Below, in pieces: positions 1 through 8,934 of a stretch of DNA of 15,855 nucleotides. This stretch comes from Candidatus Methylomirabilota bacterium. GTDB lineage: Bacteria > Methylomirabilota > Methylomirabilia > Rokubacteriales > CSP1-6. The DNA lies in NCBI GenBank assembly GCA_046726415.1, contig JBKPAK010000068.1, forward strand, positions 1 to 15,855, read 5' to 3'. The notes beneath the pieces are model-generated. The model did not search any database. It was not told the DNA's origin and saw only the letters and a program-made list of their open reading frames with translations. Every line of letters starts with the position of its first letter. The stretch's first letter is position 1. A program made the translations under genes and the position numbers.

Positions 1-740
1 AGATATTGGCCAAGCGTCAGGAGGTTGACGTCGGCTGCGCGAAGATCCTCCATCGTCGCGACCAGTTCATCGCGGGTCTCTCCCAATCCCAGGATGATCC
101 CGGACTTGGTCAGGAGGGCGGGAACCGCGGCGCGGGCGCGCCGGAACAACTCCAAAGTGCGCGCGTAGCGCCCTCCGTGTCGCGCCACTTTGTAGAGACG
201 CGGCACCGTTTCCGTATTGTGGTTGAGCACGTCCGGGCCCGCCTCGATGACCGTCTGAAGCGACTCCCCCGATCCCTGGAAGTCTGGGATCAGGGCCTCC
301 ACCCGGCAGTGCGGGGCGTGGCGCCGCACCGCCCGGATGGTCGCGGCCCAGTGCGCCGCTCCGCCGTCGGCAAGATCGTCGCGGTTCACCGAGGTGATCA
401 CGACGTAGTCGAGCTCGAGATCGGCCACTGCTCGACCGATGCGCTCGGGTTCCTCCCGGTCTTCCCAGGTCGGCTTCCCGTGGGCGATGGCGCAGTACCC
501 GCAGTTCCGCGTGCAGACGTCTCCCAGGATCATGAAGGTCGCGGTGGCCTCTTCCCAGCACTCGCCGATGTTGGGGCAGCGCGCTTCTTCGCACACGGAG
601 TGGAGGTTCCACTCGCGCATGAGGCCCTTGAGACGGATGTAGTTGGGTCCACCAGGAGCCCGCACTTTCAACCACGGCGGCTTGCGGCCCTCGGCCATGG
701 TTTCGGGCTGAATCAGGGGAAGCGCCACCGTCATACGCAT
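1..740 (-). CDS. lipA: Lipoyl synthase (radical SAM), 3' end cut by window edge
   Basis: Not in the ORF track because its stop lies outside the window. Manual minus-strand translation gives [31 protein letters not shown]...[13 protein letters not shown] (LipA CX4CX5C)...[15 protein letters not shown] (CX3CX2C)...[12 protein letters not shown]...LTLGQY. AAGGA lies 5 nt before ATG 740. Alternative in-frame ATGs at 734 and 698. Confidence 0.96.
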   Translation of the reverse strand, partial: MRMTVALPLIQPETMAEGRKPPWLKVRAPGGPNYIRLKGLMREWNLHSVCEEARCPNIGECWEEATATFMILGDVCTRNCGYCAIAHGKPTWEDREEPERIGRAVADLELDYVVITSVNRDDLADGGAAHWAATIRAVRRHAPHCRVEALIPDFQGSGESLQTVIEAGPDVLNHNTETVPRLYKVARHGGRYARTLELFRRARAAVPALLTKSGIILGLGETRDELVATMEDLRAADVNLLTLGQY

Positions 741-766
741 CGAGATCCTTCGCTCGAACCGAATCC

Positions 767-796
767 ATTATGCCACGCGGTTCGCGCGCGTGGCAC
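767..796 (-). promoter_or_regulatory. Candidate sigma70-type promoter of lipA overlapped by a 9 bp inverted repeat
   Basis: Minus strand GTGCCA-18 nt-CATAAT with TG extended -10 (TGgCATAAT). Perfect inverted repeat TGCCACGCG(771-779)/CGCGTGGCA(787-795). Confidence 0.5.
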
Positions 797-886
797 GCGG
801 CCGCACGGTCTCGCGCGGCAACACGCAGGGACGTACACGCGCCACGCCTCTCGGCGGCGACACTGCGGCGGAGACGGCGGGAGAAA

Positions 887-971
<85 letters not shown>

Positions 972-999
972 GCACCCGGGTTCAGGCCAAGGGATTCCG

Positions 1000-1027
1000 A
1001 GTATACCTTAAGCCTCGCGACCGCCAA
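1000..1027 (-). promoter_or_regulatory. Candidate promoter for tRNA-Leu
   Basis: Minus strand TTGGCG-16 nt-TATACT. The -10 box ends 28 nt upstream of the mature tRNA 5' end and the promoter overlaps the permease stop codon. Confidence 0.5.
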
Positions 1028-1868
1028 ACCGGCCAGCCGCCTGGCGCAGGCGCGGATCGAGGGCGTCGCGGACGCCCTCGCCCAGCAGGTTGTACGACAG
1101 CACGGTGACCAGGATGGCGAACCCGGGATACAGCGAGAGCCACCAGGCGATCTCGATGGCGTCCTTGCCCTCGTTCAGAATGTTGCCCCACGTCGCGTAC
1201 GGCGGCTGCACGCCGAGGCCGAGAAACGAGAGTCCGGATTCCGTGAGGATGGCCGCCGGGATCCCGAGGGTCATGGCCACCAGGACGGGTCCCATGGCGT
1301 TGGGCAGGACGTGGCGAAAGATGATGCGGGGGGCGCTGGCCCCCACGGCGTGCGACCAGATCACAAACTCTCGCTCCTGCAGGCTGAGAAACTCCGCCCG
1401 CACGAGACGCGCCACCCCCATCCAGCCGGTGAGCCCGATGACCACCATAATGGTCCAGATGGAGGGGCGGAGGAAGGCCAGCACGGCGAGGAGGAGAAAG
1501 AAGCGCGGGAACACCAGCATGAGATCGACGAGGCGCATGATGGCACCGTCGATCGCACCGCCGTGAAAGCCGGCGGCCGCCCCGAGCAGCACGCCGATGG
1601 TGGCCGCAATTCCCACCGAGACGAAGCCGACGGCGAGGGACACCCGCGCCCCGTAGAGCATGCGCGAGAGGACATCGCGGCCCAGCTGGTCGGTGCCGAA
1701 CCAGTGGCGGGTGGACGGGGGGTCGAGAATCCTCCGCACGTCCGGGCGGTTTGGATCCCAGGGCGCCAGGAAAGGCGCCAGCACAGCGAGGGCGACCAGG
1801 CACACCACCACCACCCCGCCCACCACCGCCAGGCGGTTCTTGGTGAAGGCCCGCCAGAGACCGCTCAC
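1008..1868 (-). CDS. Peptide/nickel ABC transporter permease (OppC/DppC/AppC-like)
   Basis: 286 aa with OppC-type N-terminus, HWFGTDQLGRDVLSRMLYGARVSL, EAA-loop region EFVIWSHAVGASAPRIIFRHVLPN, ESGLSFLGLG and NLLGEGVRDALDPR. Confidence 0.93.
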   Translation of the reverse strand: MSGLWRAFTKNRLAVVGGVVVVCLVALAVLAPFLAPWDPNRPDVRRILDPPSTRHWFGTDQLGRDVLSRMLYGARVSLAVGFVSVGIAATIGVLLGAAAGFHGGAIDGAIMRLVDLMLVFPRFFLLLAVLAFLRPSIWTIMVVIGLTGWMGVARLVRAEFLSLQEREFVIWSHAVGASAPRIIFRHVLPNAMGPVLVAMTLGIPAAILTESGLSFLGLGVQPPYATWGNILNEGKDAIEIAWWLSLYPGFAILVTVLSYNLLGEGVRDALDPRLRQAAGRFGGREA

Positions 1869-1871
1869 GCG

Positions 1872-2861
1872 CTAGCGGCGGCCCCGCGCGACCCGGATGC
1901 GCGGATCGACCAGCCCGTAGACGACATCGGCCAGGAGATTGGCCGCTAAGGTGAGGACGGAGACGATGACTAGATTCCCCATGATGACGGGATAGTCGCG
2001 CTCGAACACCGCCTGCACCATGAGCTGTCCCATTCCCGGGATGGCGAAGATCGTCTCGACGATCACGCTGCCTCCGATGAGCCCAGGCAGGGACAGGGCG
2101 AGAATGGTCACCAGCGGTAGGACGGCGTTCCGGAGGGCGTGCTTGCCGATGACGATGCGCTCGGACAATCCCTTGGCCCGCGCCGACTGCACGTAGTCCT
2201 GCCGGATCACTTCCAGCATGCTCTGGCGCATGTAACGCGAGAACCCGGCCAGCCCTCCGAAGGTGGCCACGGCCACCGGCAGGATCAGATGGCTCATGAC
2301 GTCCCATGGCTGCTTCCACGCCGGCAGATATTCCCAGTTCAGCGAGCGCAGGCCCGAGATGGGGAGCCATCCCAGCTGCACCCCGAACAGGATCATGAGC
2401 AGCAGGGCCAGCCAGAAGTCGGGCGTGGCGAAGCCGAGGAACACGAAGACGGTGGTCACCTTGTCGAAGAGCGAGTACTGCCGGGTGGCCGAGGCCACCC
2501 CGAGCGGCACCGCCACCACCACGATGATCAGCAGCTCGATGACGTTCAGCAGCAGCGTGATGGGCAGCCGTTCCGTGATCTTGTCCAGCACTGGCCGCCC
2601 GTCGGGCGCGAAGGAACGACCGAAGTCGAGGCGGACCACGCGGACCAGCCAGTTCCAGTATTGCACGGGCAAGGGCTTGTCGAGGCCGAACTCCTGACGC
2701 AGAAGCTGGCGCACCTCGGCAGCGCCCTGGGCGCTCAGGTCGCCCTGCTGCAGCTCGGTCGGCTCACCGGGGGCCAGATGGATGACGATGAACGACACGA
2801 ACGTGATCCCGACGAGGAGGGGCAGGGCCAGCAGGGCCCGCCGAAGGGCGTAGAATAGCAT
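1872..2861 (-). CDS. Peptide/nickel ABC transporter permease (OppB/DppB/AppB-like)
   Basis: 329 aa with FGLDKPLPVQY, LDFGRSF, EAA motif DYVQSARAKGLSERIVIGKHALRN, ETIFAIPGMG and ADVVYGLVDPRI. Confidence 0.94.
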   Translation of the reverse strand: MLFYALRRALLALPLLVGITFVSFIVIHLAPGEPTELQQGDLSAQGAAEVRQLLRQEFGLDKPLPVQYWNWLVRVVRLDFGRSFAPDGRPVLDKITERLPITLLLNVIELLIIVVVAVPLGVASATRQYSLFDKVTTVFVFLGFATPDFWLALLLMILFGVQLGWLPISGLRSLNWEYLPAWKQPWDVMSHLILPVAVATFGGLAGFSRYMRQSMLEVIRQDYVQSARAKGLSERIVIGKHALRNAVLPLVTILALSLPGLIGGSVIVETIFAIPGMGQLMVQAVFERDYPVIMGNLVIVSVLTLAANLLADVVYGLVDPRIRVARGRR

Positions 2862-2880
2862 GGCCCGCTATTCTAGCGCC
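2847..2880. promoter_or_regulatory. AT-rich inverted repeat covering the permease start codon
   Basis: TAGAATAGC(2851-2859)-7 nt-GCTATTCTA(2867-2875), extendable by GGCG/CGCC with one bulge. The ATG (2861-2859) sits at the loop/stem boundary. The repeat is certain, its function is inferred. Confidence 0.55.
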
Positions 2881-2898
2881 GCCGTCCGCCTCCGTCGG

Positions 2899-4581
2899 TT
2901 ACCCGGATGTGTAGCGCTGCTCGGCCAGCGGCACGTGCCACTTCGTGAAGTCGTGTCGGATGCCCGCTGGCCCCGGCAGGATCCCATGGACCCGCGAAGA
3001 CACCACGGGAAGCGCATCCCGGAAGTACAGGAAGATGAGGGGTTGCTCGGCGGCGAGAATCTCGTGGATGCGGTGGTAGTAGCGCGCGCGGTCCGCCTGC
3101 ACGCACGTGGTGCGGCCCTTCTCCAGCAGCTCGTCCACCTCTGCGTTGGCGAAGGAGATGGTGTTGAAGTCGTCTGGTCCGGTCTTCGACGAGTGCCAGA
3201 TGCTGTACTGATCGGGATCACTGCCGATGGCCCACCCGAGCACGATCGCCTCGAAGCGCCGCTTCCGCACCCATTCTTTGAGCAACGTGGCCCACTCGAG
3301 GGTGCGGATCTCCGCGGCGACCCCGATCTCTCGCAAGGAAGCCTGGATGATCTCGGCGATCTTCTTGCGCTCGTCGTTGCCCTGATTGGTCAGCAGCTCG
3401 AAGGCGAACGGCTTACCGTTCTTGACCAGAATGCCCTCGGCATTGCGCTCCACCCAGCCGGCCTGGGCGAGCAGAGCGCGGGCCCGCTGAGGATCGTACG
3501 GATAGGTGGGCACGGTGGGGTTGAAGGCCCACGTCCCTGGCTTGAAGGGGCCGGTGGCGGCCACCCCGTGTCCGAGGATGACGTGGTCGATCAGTTCCCG
3601 CTTGTTGATGGCATGGGCGAAGGCGTGGCGGACGCGCCGATCGGCAAAGCGCTCGTCCTTCAGGTTGAGGCCGAAGTACGTGTAGGCGTTCGACGGATAC
3701 TTGAACTTGTTGTAAGCCTTGCGAAACGCGGGGTACTCCGTCTGGCGCTGGTGCTGGAGCGCGGTGAGCGACATGGCATCGATGCCCTTGGCCTTCAGCT
3801 CGAGAAACTGCGTGGCCTGGCTGGGGATCACCCGGTAGACGATTCGACCCAGGTAGGGACGCCCTGCGAAGTACTCCTTGTTGGCCACGAGCACGACCTT
3901 TTCGCCGGGCTTCCATTCTTGAAATCGGTAGGGCCCGGTGCCCACCGGCCGCGAGCGATACTGCGGCGATTCCTTGAGCTTGCCCTCCCGCGCCCACGGC
4001 TCCAGGAGGTGGCGCGGGAGCATGGACATGCTCCAGCTCTGCAGGGATTTGGCGTAGGACGTCCGGTAGCGGATGCTCACGGTGTGGGGATCGAGCGCCT
4101 CGATGCGCTCCACCGCCTGGAAGTCCTCCTTGTACGCGCTCGGCGTTTTGGGATTCGACATCGTCTGCTGGGTGAAGATGACATCGTCGGCGGTGAAGGG
4201 CTGGCCATCGTGCCAGGTGACTCCCCGCCGGAGCCGGAAGGTGAGGTCGCGGCAGTCCGAGCTGATGGTCCAGGATTCCGCGAGGTCCCCCACCAGGTTG
4301 AGATCGCGATCCAGGGACACCAGCCCGTTGTAGAGTCGGTCGCCGATCTCGTGCGAGTAGTTGTCGCTGGTGATGTTCGGGATGAGTCCCGAGATGTTGC
4401 CGCCCATGGAGTCGATCAGGGTGTCGCCGTACGTGGGTTCGTTGCTGCCGCGGCCAGTCACGCGCTCGACGACTCGCTCGACTTCGCCCTGGCAGCCCAC
4501 GAGAAGAAGAGCCGCGAGTCCGGCCAGGCCCAGGCGACCGCCCCACCCTCCCGAGCGCCTCGCCTCTGCCGTTCTGGGCAC
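2899..4581 (-). CDS. Family 5 ABC transporter substrate-binding lipoprotein (AppA/OppA/DppA-like)
   Basis: 560 aa with lipobox LLLVGC, GDLAESWTIS..LTFRLRRGVTWHDGQPFTADDVIFT, PVGTGPYRF and DRRVRHAFAHAINK. The GTG start, 7 nt after the secG stop, is uncertain. Confidence 0.93.
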   Translation of the reverse strand: MPRTAEARRSGGWGGRLGLAGLAALLLVGCQGEVERVVERVTGRGSNEPTYGDTLIDSMGGNISGLIPNITSDNYSHEIGDRLYNGLVSLDRDLNLVGDLAESWTISSDCRDLTFRLRRGVTWHDGQPFTADDVIFTQQTMSNPKTPSAYKEDFQAVERIEALDPHTVSIRYRTSYAKSLQSWSMSMLPRHLLEPWAREGKLKESPQYRSRPVGTGPYRFQEWKPGEKVVLVANKEYFAGRPYLGRIVYRVIPSQATQFLELKAKGIDAMSLTALQHQRQTEYPAFRKAYNKFKYPSNAYTYFGLNLKDERFADRRVRHAFAHAINKRELIDHVILGHGVAATGPFKPGTWAFNPTVPTYPYDPQRARALLAQAGWVERNAEGILVKNGKPFAFELLTNQGNDERKKIAEIIQASLREIGVAAEIRTLEWATLLKEWVRKRRFEAIVLGWAIGSDPDQYSIWHSSKTGPDDFNTISFANAEVDELLEKGRTTCVQADRARYYHRIHEILAAEQPLIFLYFRDALPVVSSRVHGILPGPAGIRHDFTKWHVPLAEQRYTSG

Positions 4582-4588
4582 GGGACGT

Positions 4589-4939
4589 CTATTTGGTAGG
4601 AGCCGAGGGCGTAGCGGGGTTGGTCGCCGGGGGCGCAGCCGGGGCGGGGCCCGATGGCGTCGGCGATGCAGGCGGCCGGCCCGGGCCTTCTCGGATGACA
4701 GACGTACCGCGGTCGCCGCCGAGCATCGCGAGCCCGAACGACGTCACCAGGAACAGGACCGCGACCACCGTGGTGATCTTCCCGAGCACGGTCGGGGTGC
4801 CCATGGAGCCGAAGACGGCCTGAGAGCCGGCACCCCCGAAGGCGGAGCCGATATCGGCTCCCTTGCCGGACTGCAGCAGGACGATGCCGATGATGGCGAG
4901 GCAGAGGAGGGTGTGCAGGACGACTAACGCGATGAACAT
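4589..4939 (-). CDS. secG: Preprotein translocase subunit SecG
   Basis: Two TM helices flanking VLLQSGKGADIGSAFGGAGSQAVFG, a Pro/Ala-rich tail, AGGAG 5 nt before ATG, and position downstream of tpiA. Confidence 0.96.
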   Translation of the reverse strand: MFIALVVLHTLLCLAIIGIVLLQSGKGADIGSAFGGAGSQAVFGSMGTPTVLGKITTVVAVLFLVTSFGLAMLGGDRGTSVIREGPGRPPASPTPSGPAPAAPPATNPATPSAPTK

Positions 4940-4985
4940 TCAGTCTCCTGGGATAACGAACGCGATGAGCATTCAGTTTCCTGGG
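4920..4985 (-). repeat. 33 bp tandem duplication of the tpiA-stop/secG-start junction
   Basis: Minus strand CCCAGGAAACTGAATGCTCATCGCGTTCGTTAT (4985-4953) followed by CCCAGGAGACTGAATGTTCATCGCGTTAGTCGT (4952-4920), 28/33 identical. Confidence 0.9.
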
Positions 4986-5755
4986 GCGAGGTCGGCGTCG
5001 CGCGCCGACTTCTTCACGATGGCGACGAAGCTCTGGGCGTTCAGGCTGGCCCCCCCGACGAGCGCACCATCGATTTCGGGTTGCGCCAGAAGCGCGTCGG
5101 CGTTGTCCGGCTTGACACTTCCGCCGTAGAGAATACGCAAGCCCGAGGCCACGTCTTTCGAGGCCAACTCGGAGACGAGGCCTCGAAGATAGCCGTGCAC
5201 CTCGGCGGCCTGCGCGGGTGTGGCGTTGAGGCCGGTCCCGATCGCCCACACCGGTTCGTAGGCCAGCGCGACCCGCGCCACGTCTTCGGCGGCGACGCCG
5301 GCCAGGCCGGCACGAAGCTGGCCCTCCACGGTGGTGAAGGTGAGCCCCTGCCGGCGTTCATGGTCGGTTTCTCCCACACAGAGCACTGGTCTGGCCCCGT
5401 GAGCGAGCGCCGCACGCAGCTTGCGGTTGATCAACTCGTCCGTCTCGCCGAGCTCGTGCCGCCGCTCCGAGTGGCCGAGCAGGATCGTGCGGGCGCCCAC
5501 CTCGAGAAGCATCACCGGTGAGATCTCTCCCGTGTGGGCTCCGGCCGCCTCATAGTGGCAGTTCTGGGCACCGAGCCCGAGGGGGCTGCCGGCCAAGATC
5601 TCCCCGACCGCAGTGAGCGCGGTAAACGGCGGACAGACGACGACTTCGACGGGGGGCAGTCGCTTCAAGCCATCCCTGATCCCGACAGCGAGCGCCCGGG
5701 CCTCCACCAGCGTGCCGTGCATCTTCCAGTTTCCGATGACGAGCGGCGTGCGCAT
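4973..5755 (-). CDS. tpiA: Triosephosphate isomerase
   Basis: MRTPLVIGNWKMHG, GHSERR, AYEPVWAIGTG, LYGGSV and LVGGASL. Start placed at ATG 5755 by homology of the N-terminus rather than at 5827. Confidence 0.97.
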   Translation of the reverse strand: MRTPLVIGNWKMHGTLVEARALAVGIRDGLKRLPPVEVVVCPPFTALTAVGEILAGSPLGLGAQNCHYEAAGAHTGEISPVMLLEVGARTILLGHSERRHELGETDELINRKLRAALAHGARPVLCVGETDHERRQGLTFTTVEGQLRAGLAGVAAEDVARVALAYEPVWAIGTGLNATPAQAAEVHGYLRGLVSELASKDVASGLRILYGGSVKPDNADALLAQPEIDGALVGGASLNAQSFVAIVKKSARDADLAPGN

Positions 5756-5872
5756 GAGATGTCTAGGTCTCGGAGAGCCAGGCCGGCGTGAAGGGTGGGC
5801 GGCCCCTTCGAGATCCCGGGGCTCCATTCCACGAACCCGATTGATTCCTATCTCGACGCGTCATGTGCGGCC

Positions 5873-7054
5873 TCATCGATCGGTGAGCGCCTCGACGCCC
5901 GGCAAGGTGCGGCCCTCGAGGAATTCCAGGAAGGCCCCCCCCGCGGTTGAGATGTAACCTATTTTGGCCTCCACGCCCGCCCGGCGGATGGCCGACACGG
6001 TGTCCCCGCCGCCCACCACGGTGAAGGCGGAGGCCTCCGCCACCGCGCGAGCCACGGCGAGGGTCCCGACCGCGAAGGGATCCCGCTCGAAGACGCCCAG
6101 AGGCCCGTTCCACACGATGGTGCGGGCGGATTTCAGCGCCTCCCTGAAGCGGTCCACCGTTCTCGGGCCGATGTCGAGCCCCATCTGTGCGGCCGGAATC
6201 TCTCGGATTCCCACCGCCCGCCCCGAGGGGCTGTCCACTCCGTCAGCCACTACCGCATCGACGGGCAACACGATCTGGGTGCCCTGGTGTCGGGCCGACT
6301 CCACGATGCGGCGCGCCGTCTCGATGCGGTCGGGCTCGACGAGCGAGCGGCCCACCTCATGCCCGAGTGCGCGCAAAAACGTATAGGCCATGCCGCCACC
6401 GATGAGGAGGGCATCGACCCGCGCCACGAGATTCTCCACGATCATCAGCTTGTCGGAGACCTTCGCTCCACCCAGCAGCGCTACCAGGGGACGCGCCGGG
6501 GACTCGAAGATGCGACCCAGCGCCTCGAGCTCGGCTTCCATGAGCAGACCCGCCGCCGCCGGTTGCAGGTGGCGCGTGATGGCGGCGATGGACGCATGGG
6601 CTCGGTGAGCCGCCGCGAAGGCATCGTTCACGTAACAGTCGGCGAGGGCGGCCAACGCGCGCGCGAAGCCGTCGTCATTGGCCTCCTCCTCGGCATGAAA
6701 GCGCAGATTTTCGAGGAGGAGGATATCCCCGGGCCCCAGCGCTCGCGCCTGCGCCGACACCTCAGGCCCCACGCAGTCGGGAGCGAGGGGCACCGCCCGC
6801 TGGAGAAGGGTCGCCAACCGCTCCCCCACGGGCTTGAGCGAGTACTTCGGGTCGGGTGCCCCCTTGGGGCGTCCGAGATGGGATGCGAGCACCACGCGGC
6901 CTCCCGCGTCGACGACGTGTCGGATGGTGGGGATCGCCGCGGTGAGGCGCGTGTCGTCCGCCACCTCGCCGCGGTCCAGCGGCACGTTCAGGTCCGCGCG
7001 GAGGAACACGCGCTGACCAGACACATCGAGCTGGCGGACGGTCAGCTTCGGCAA
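5873..7054 (-). CDS. pgk: Phosphoglycerate kinase
   Basis: RADLNVPL, SHLGRPKG, LLENLRF, NDAFAAAHRAHAS, GGAKVSDK, WNGPLGVFE and ISTAGGAFLEFLEG. Likely start is TTG 7054 (LPKLTV), 4 nt after the gap stop. Confidence 0.97.
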   Translation of the reverse strand: MPKLTVRQLDVSGQRVFLRADLNVPLDRGEVADDTRLTAAIPTIRHVVDAGGRVVLASHLGRPKGAPDPKYSLKPVGERLATLLQRAVPLAPDCVGPEVSAQARALGPGDILLLENLRFHAEEEANDDGFARALAALADCYVNDAFAAAHRAHASIAAITRHLQPAAAGLLMEAELEALGRIFESPARPLVALLGGAKVSDKLMIVENLVARVDALLIGGGMAYTFLRALGHEVGRSLVEPDRIETARRIVESARHQGTQIVLPVDAVVADGVDSPSGRAVGIREIPAAQMGLDIGPRTVDRFREALKSARTIVWNGPLGVFERDPFAVGTLAVARAVAEASAFTVVGGGDTVSAIRRAGVEAKIGYISTAGGAFLEFLEGRTLPGVEALTDR

Positions 7055-7058
7055 GGAC

Positions 7059-8081
<1,023 letters not shown>

Positions 8082-8117
8082 TCAAACGAATGGGGTAACG
8101 ATTTCGCGCGTTTATTG

Positions 8118-8146
8118 ACTATAGCCCATTCCGAGCAGCCAGGCAA
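8118..8146 (-). promoter_or_regulatory. Candidate sigma70-type promoter of gap-pgk-tpiA-secG
   Basis: Minus strand TTGCCT-17 nt-TATAGT in an AT-richer intergenic region, 54 nt upstream of the gap ATG. Confidence 0.7.
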
Positions 8147-8208
8147 CGTGCCCGGCGGCACCGGTGTCTGGGGTAGACCCGGGGACCAACTGACGCGTTG
8201 GACGGCAG

Positions 8209-8931
8209 TCACGGGACGCGCGCCGCGGTGACGACGTCGACTCGCCGCGCGCCTGCCGCTCGCAGTGCGCGGGCGCATTCTCGACCGGTGGCGCCGGTCG
8301 TCAAAACATCGTCGACGAGGACGACATGGCGCCCCGCCACTGACGTGCTCGCCGCGAATGCCCCGCGGACGTTCGCTCGTCGCTCCACGGCGGTCAGGTC
8401 GGTCTGGGGCGCCGTGTCGCGGACTCGGACCAGCCATCGCCGTCGCACTCGAACGGCGAGCAAGATCCCCAGGCGATCGGCGATCAGCTCGGCTTGGTTG
8501 AATCCGCGTTCGCGAAGGCGCGCCCGGGCCAGGGGAACCGGCACGAGCGCCTCCACCTCCGGGACGAAGACGGACTCGCATTGCTCGCGTATCAGCTGCG
8601 CGAGTGGACGCGCCAGCGCGCGCTGCCCACGGAACTTGAGGGCGTGCAGCGCCGTGCGCAGAGACCCCGCGTAGGTGCCCGCCCCTTGCGCGCGAGCAAA
8701 AGGGGGTGGGTCGACCCGGCAACCCAAGCAAGCGGCCTGACCAGCCGCGGCCGGTGCCGGGACACCGAGCGGGATCCCGCAGCGGTCGCAGAGCGGGGGA
8801 CGCAGCCGCGGCATGGCCGCCCAGCACGATCCGCACAGCGGATCGCGGCGGCCCGCGCCGAGTGGGGCGCCGCACGCGGGACAGAAGGCGGGAAAGATGA
8901 GGTCCAGGGTGGCGAGCGCCCACGACTGCAT
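8209..8931 (-). CDS. comF: ComF-family protein (double zinc ribbon plus phosphoribosyltransferase domain)
   Basis: Four CxxC pairs (CPAC, CGSC, CDRC, CLGC), VPVPL..RLRERGFNQA, ERRANVRGAF and the PRPP loop VVLVDDVLTTGAT. Confidence 0.9.
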   Translation of the reverse strand: MQSWALATLDLIFPAFCPACGAPLGAGRRDPLCGSCWAAMPRLRPPLCDRCGIPLGVPAPAAAGQAACLGCRVDPPPFARAQGAGTYAGSLRTALHALKFRGQRALARPLAQLIREQCESVFVPEVEALVPVPLARARLRERGFNQAELIADRLGILLAVRVRRRWLVRVRDTAPQTDLTAVERRANVRGAFAASTSVAGRHVVLVDDVLTTGATGRECARALRAAGARRVDVVTAARVP

Positions 8932-8934
8932 CGC

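Noticed and set aside
791..805. Sigma54 promoter TGGCACGCGGCCGCA
   Set aside because: GG-to-GC spacing is one base short of the invariant -24/-12 spacing, and it points away from any supported gene.
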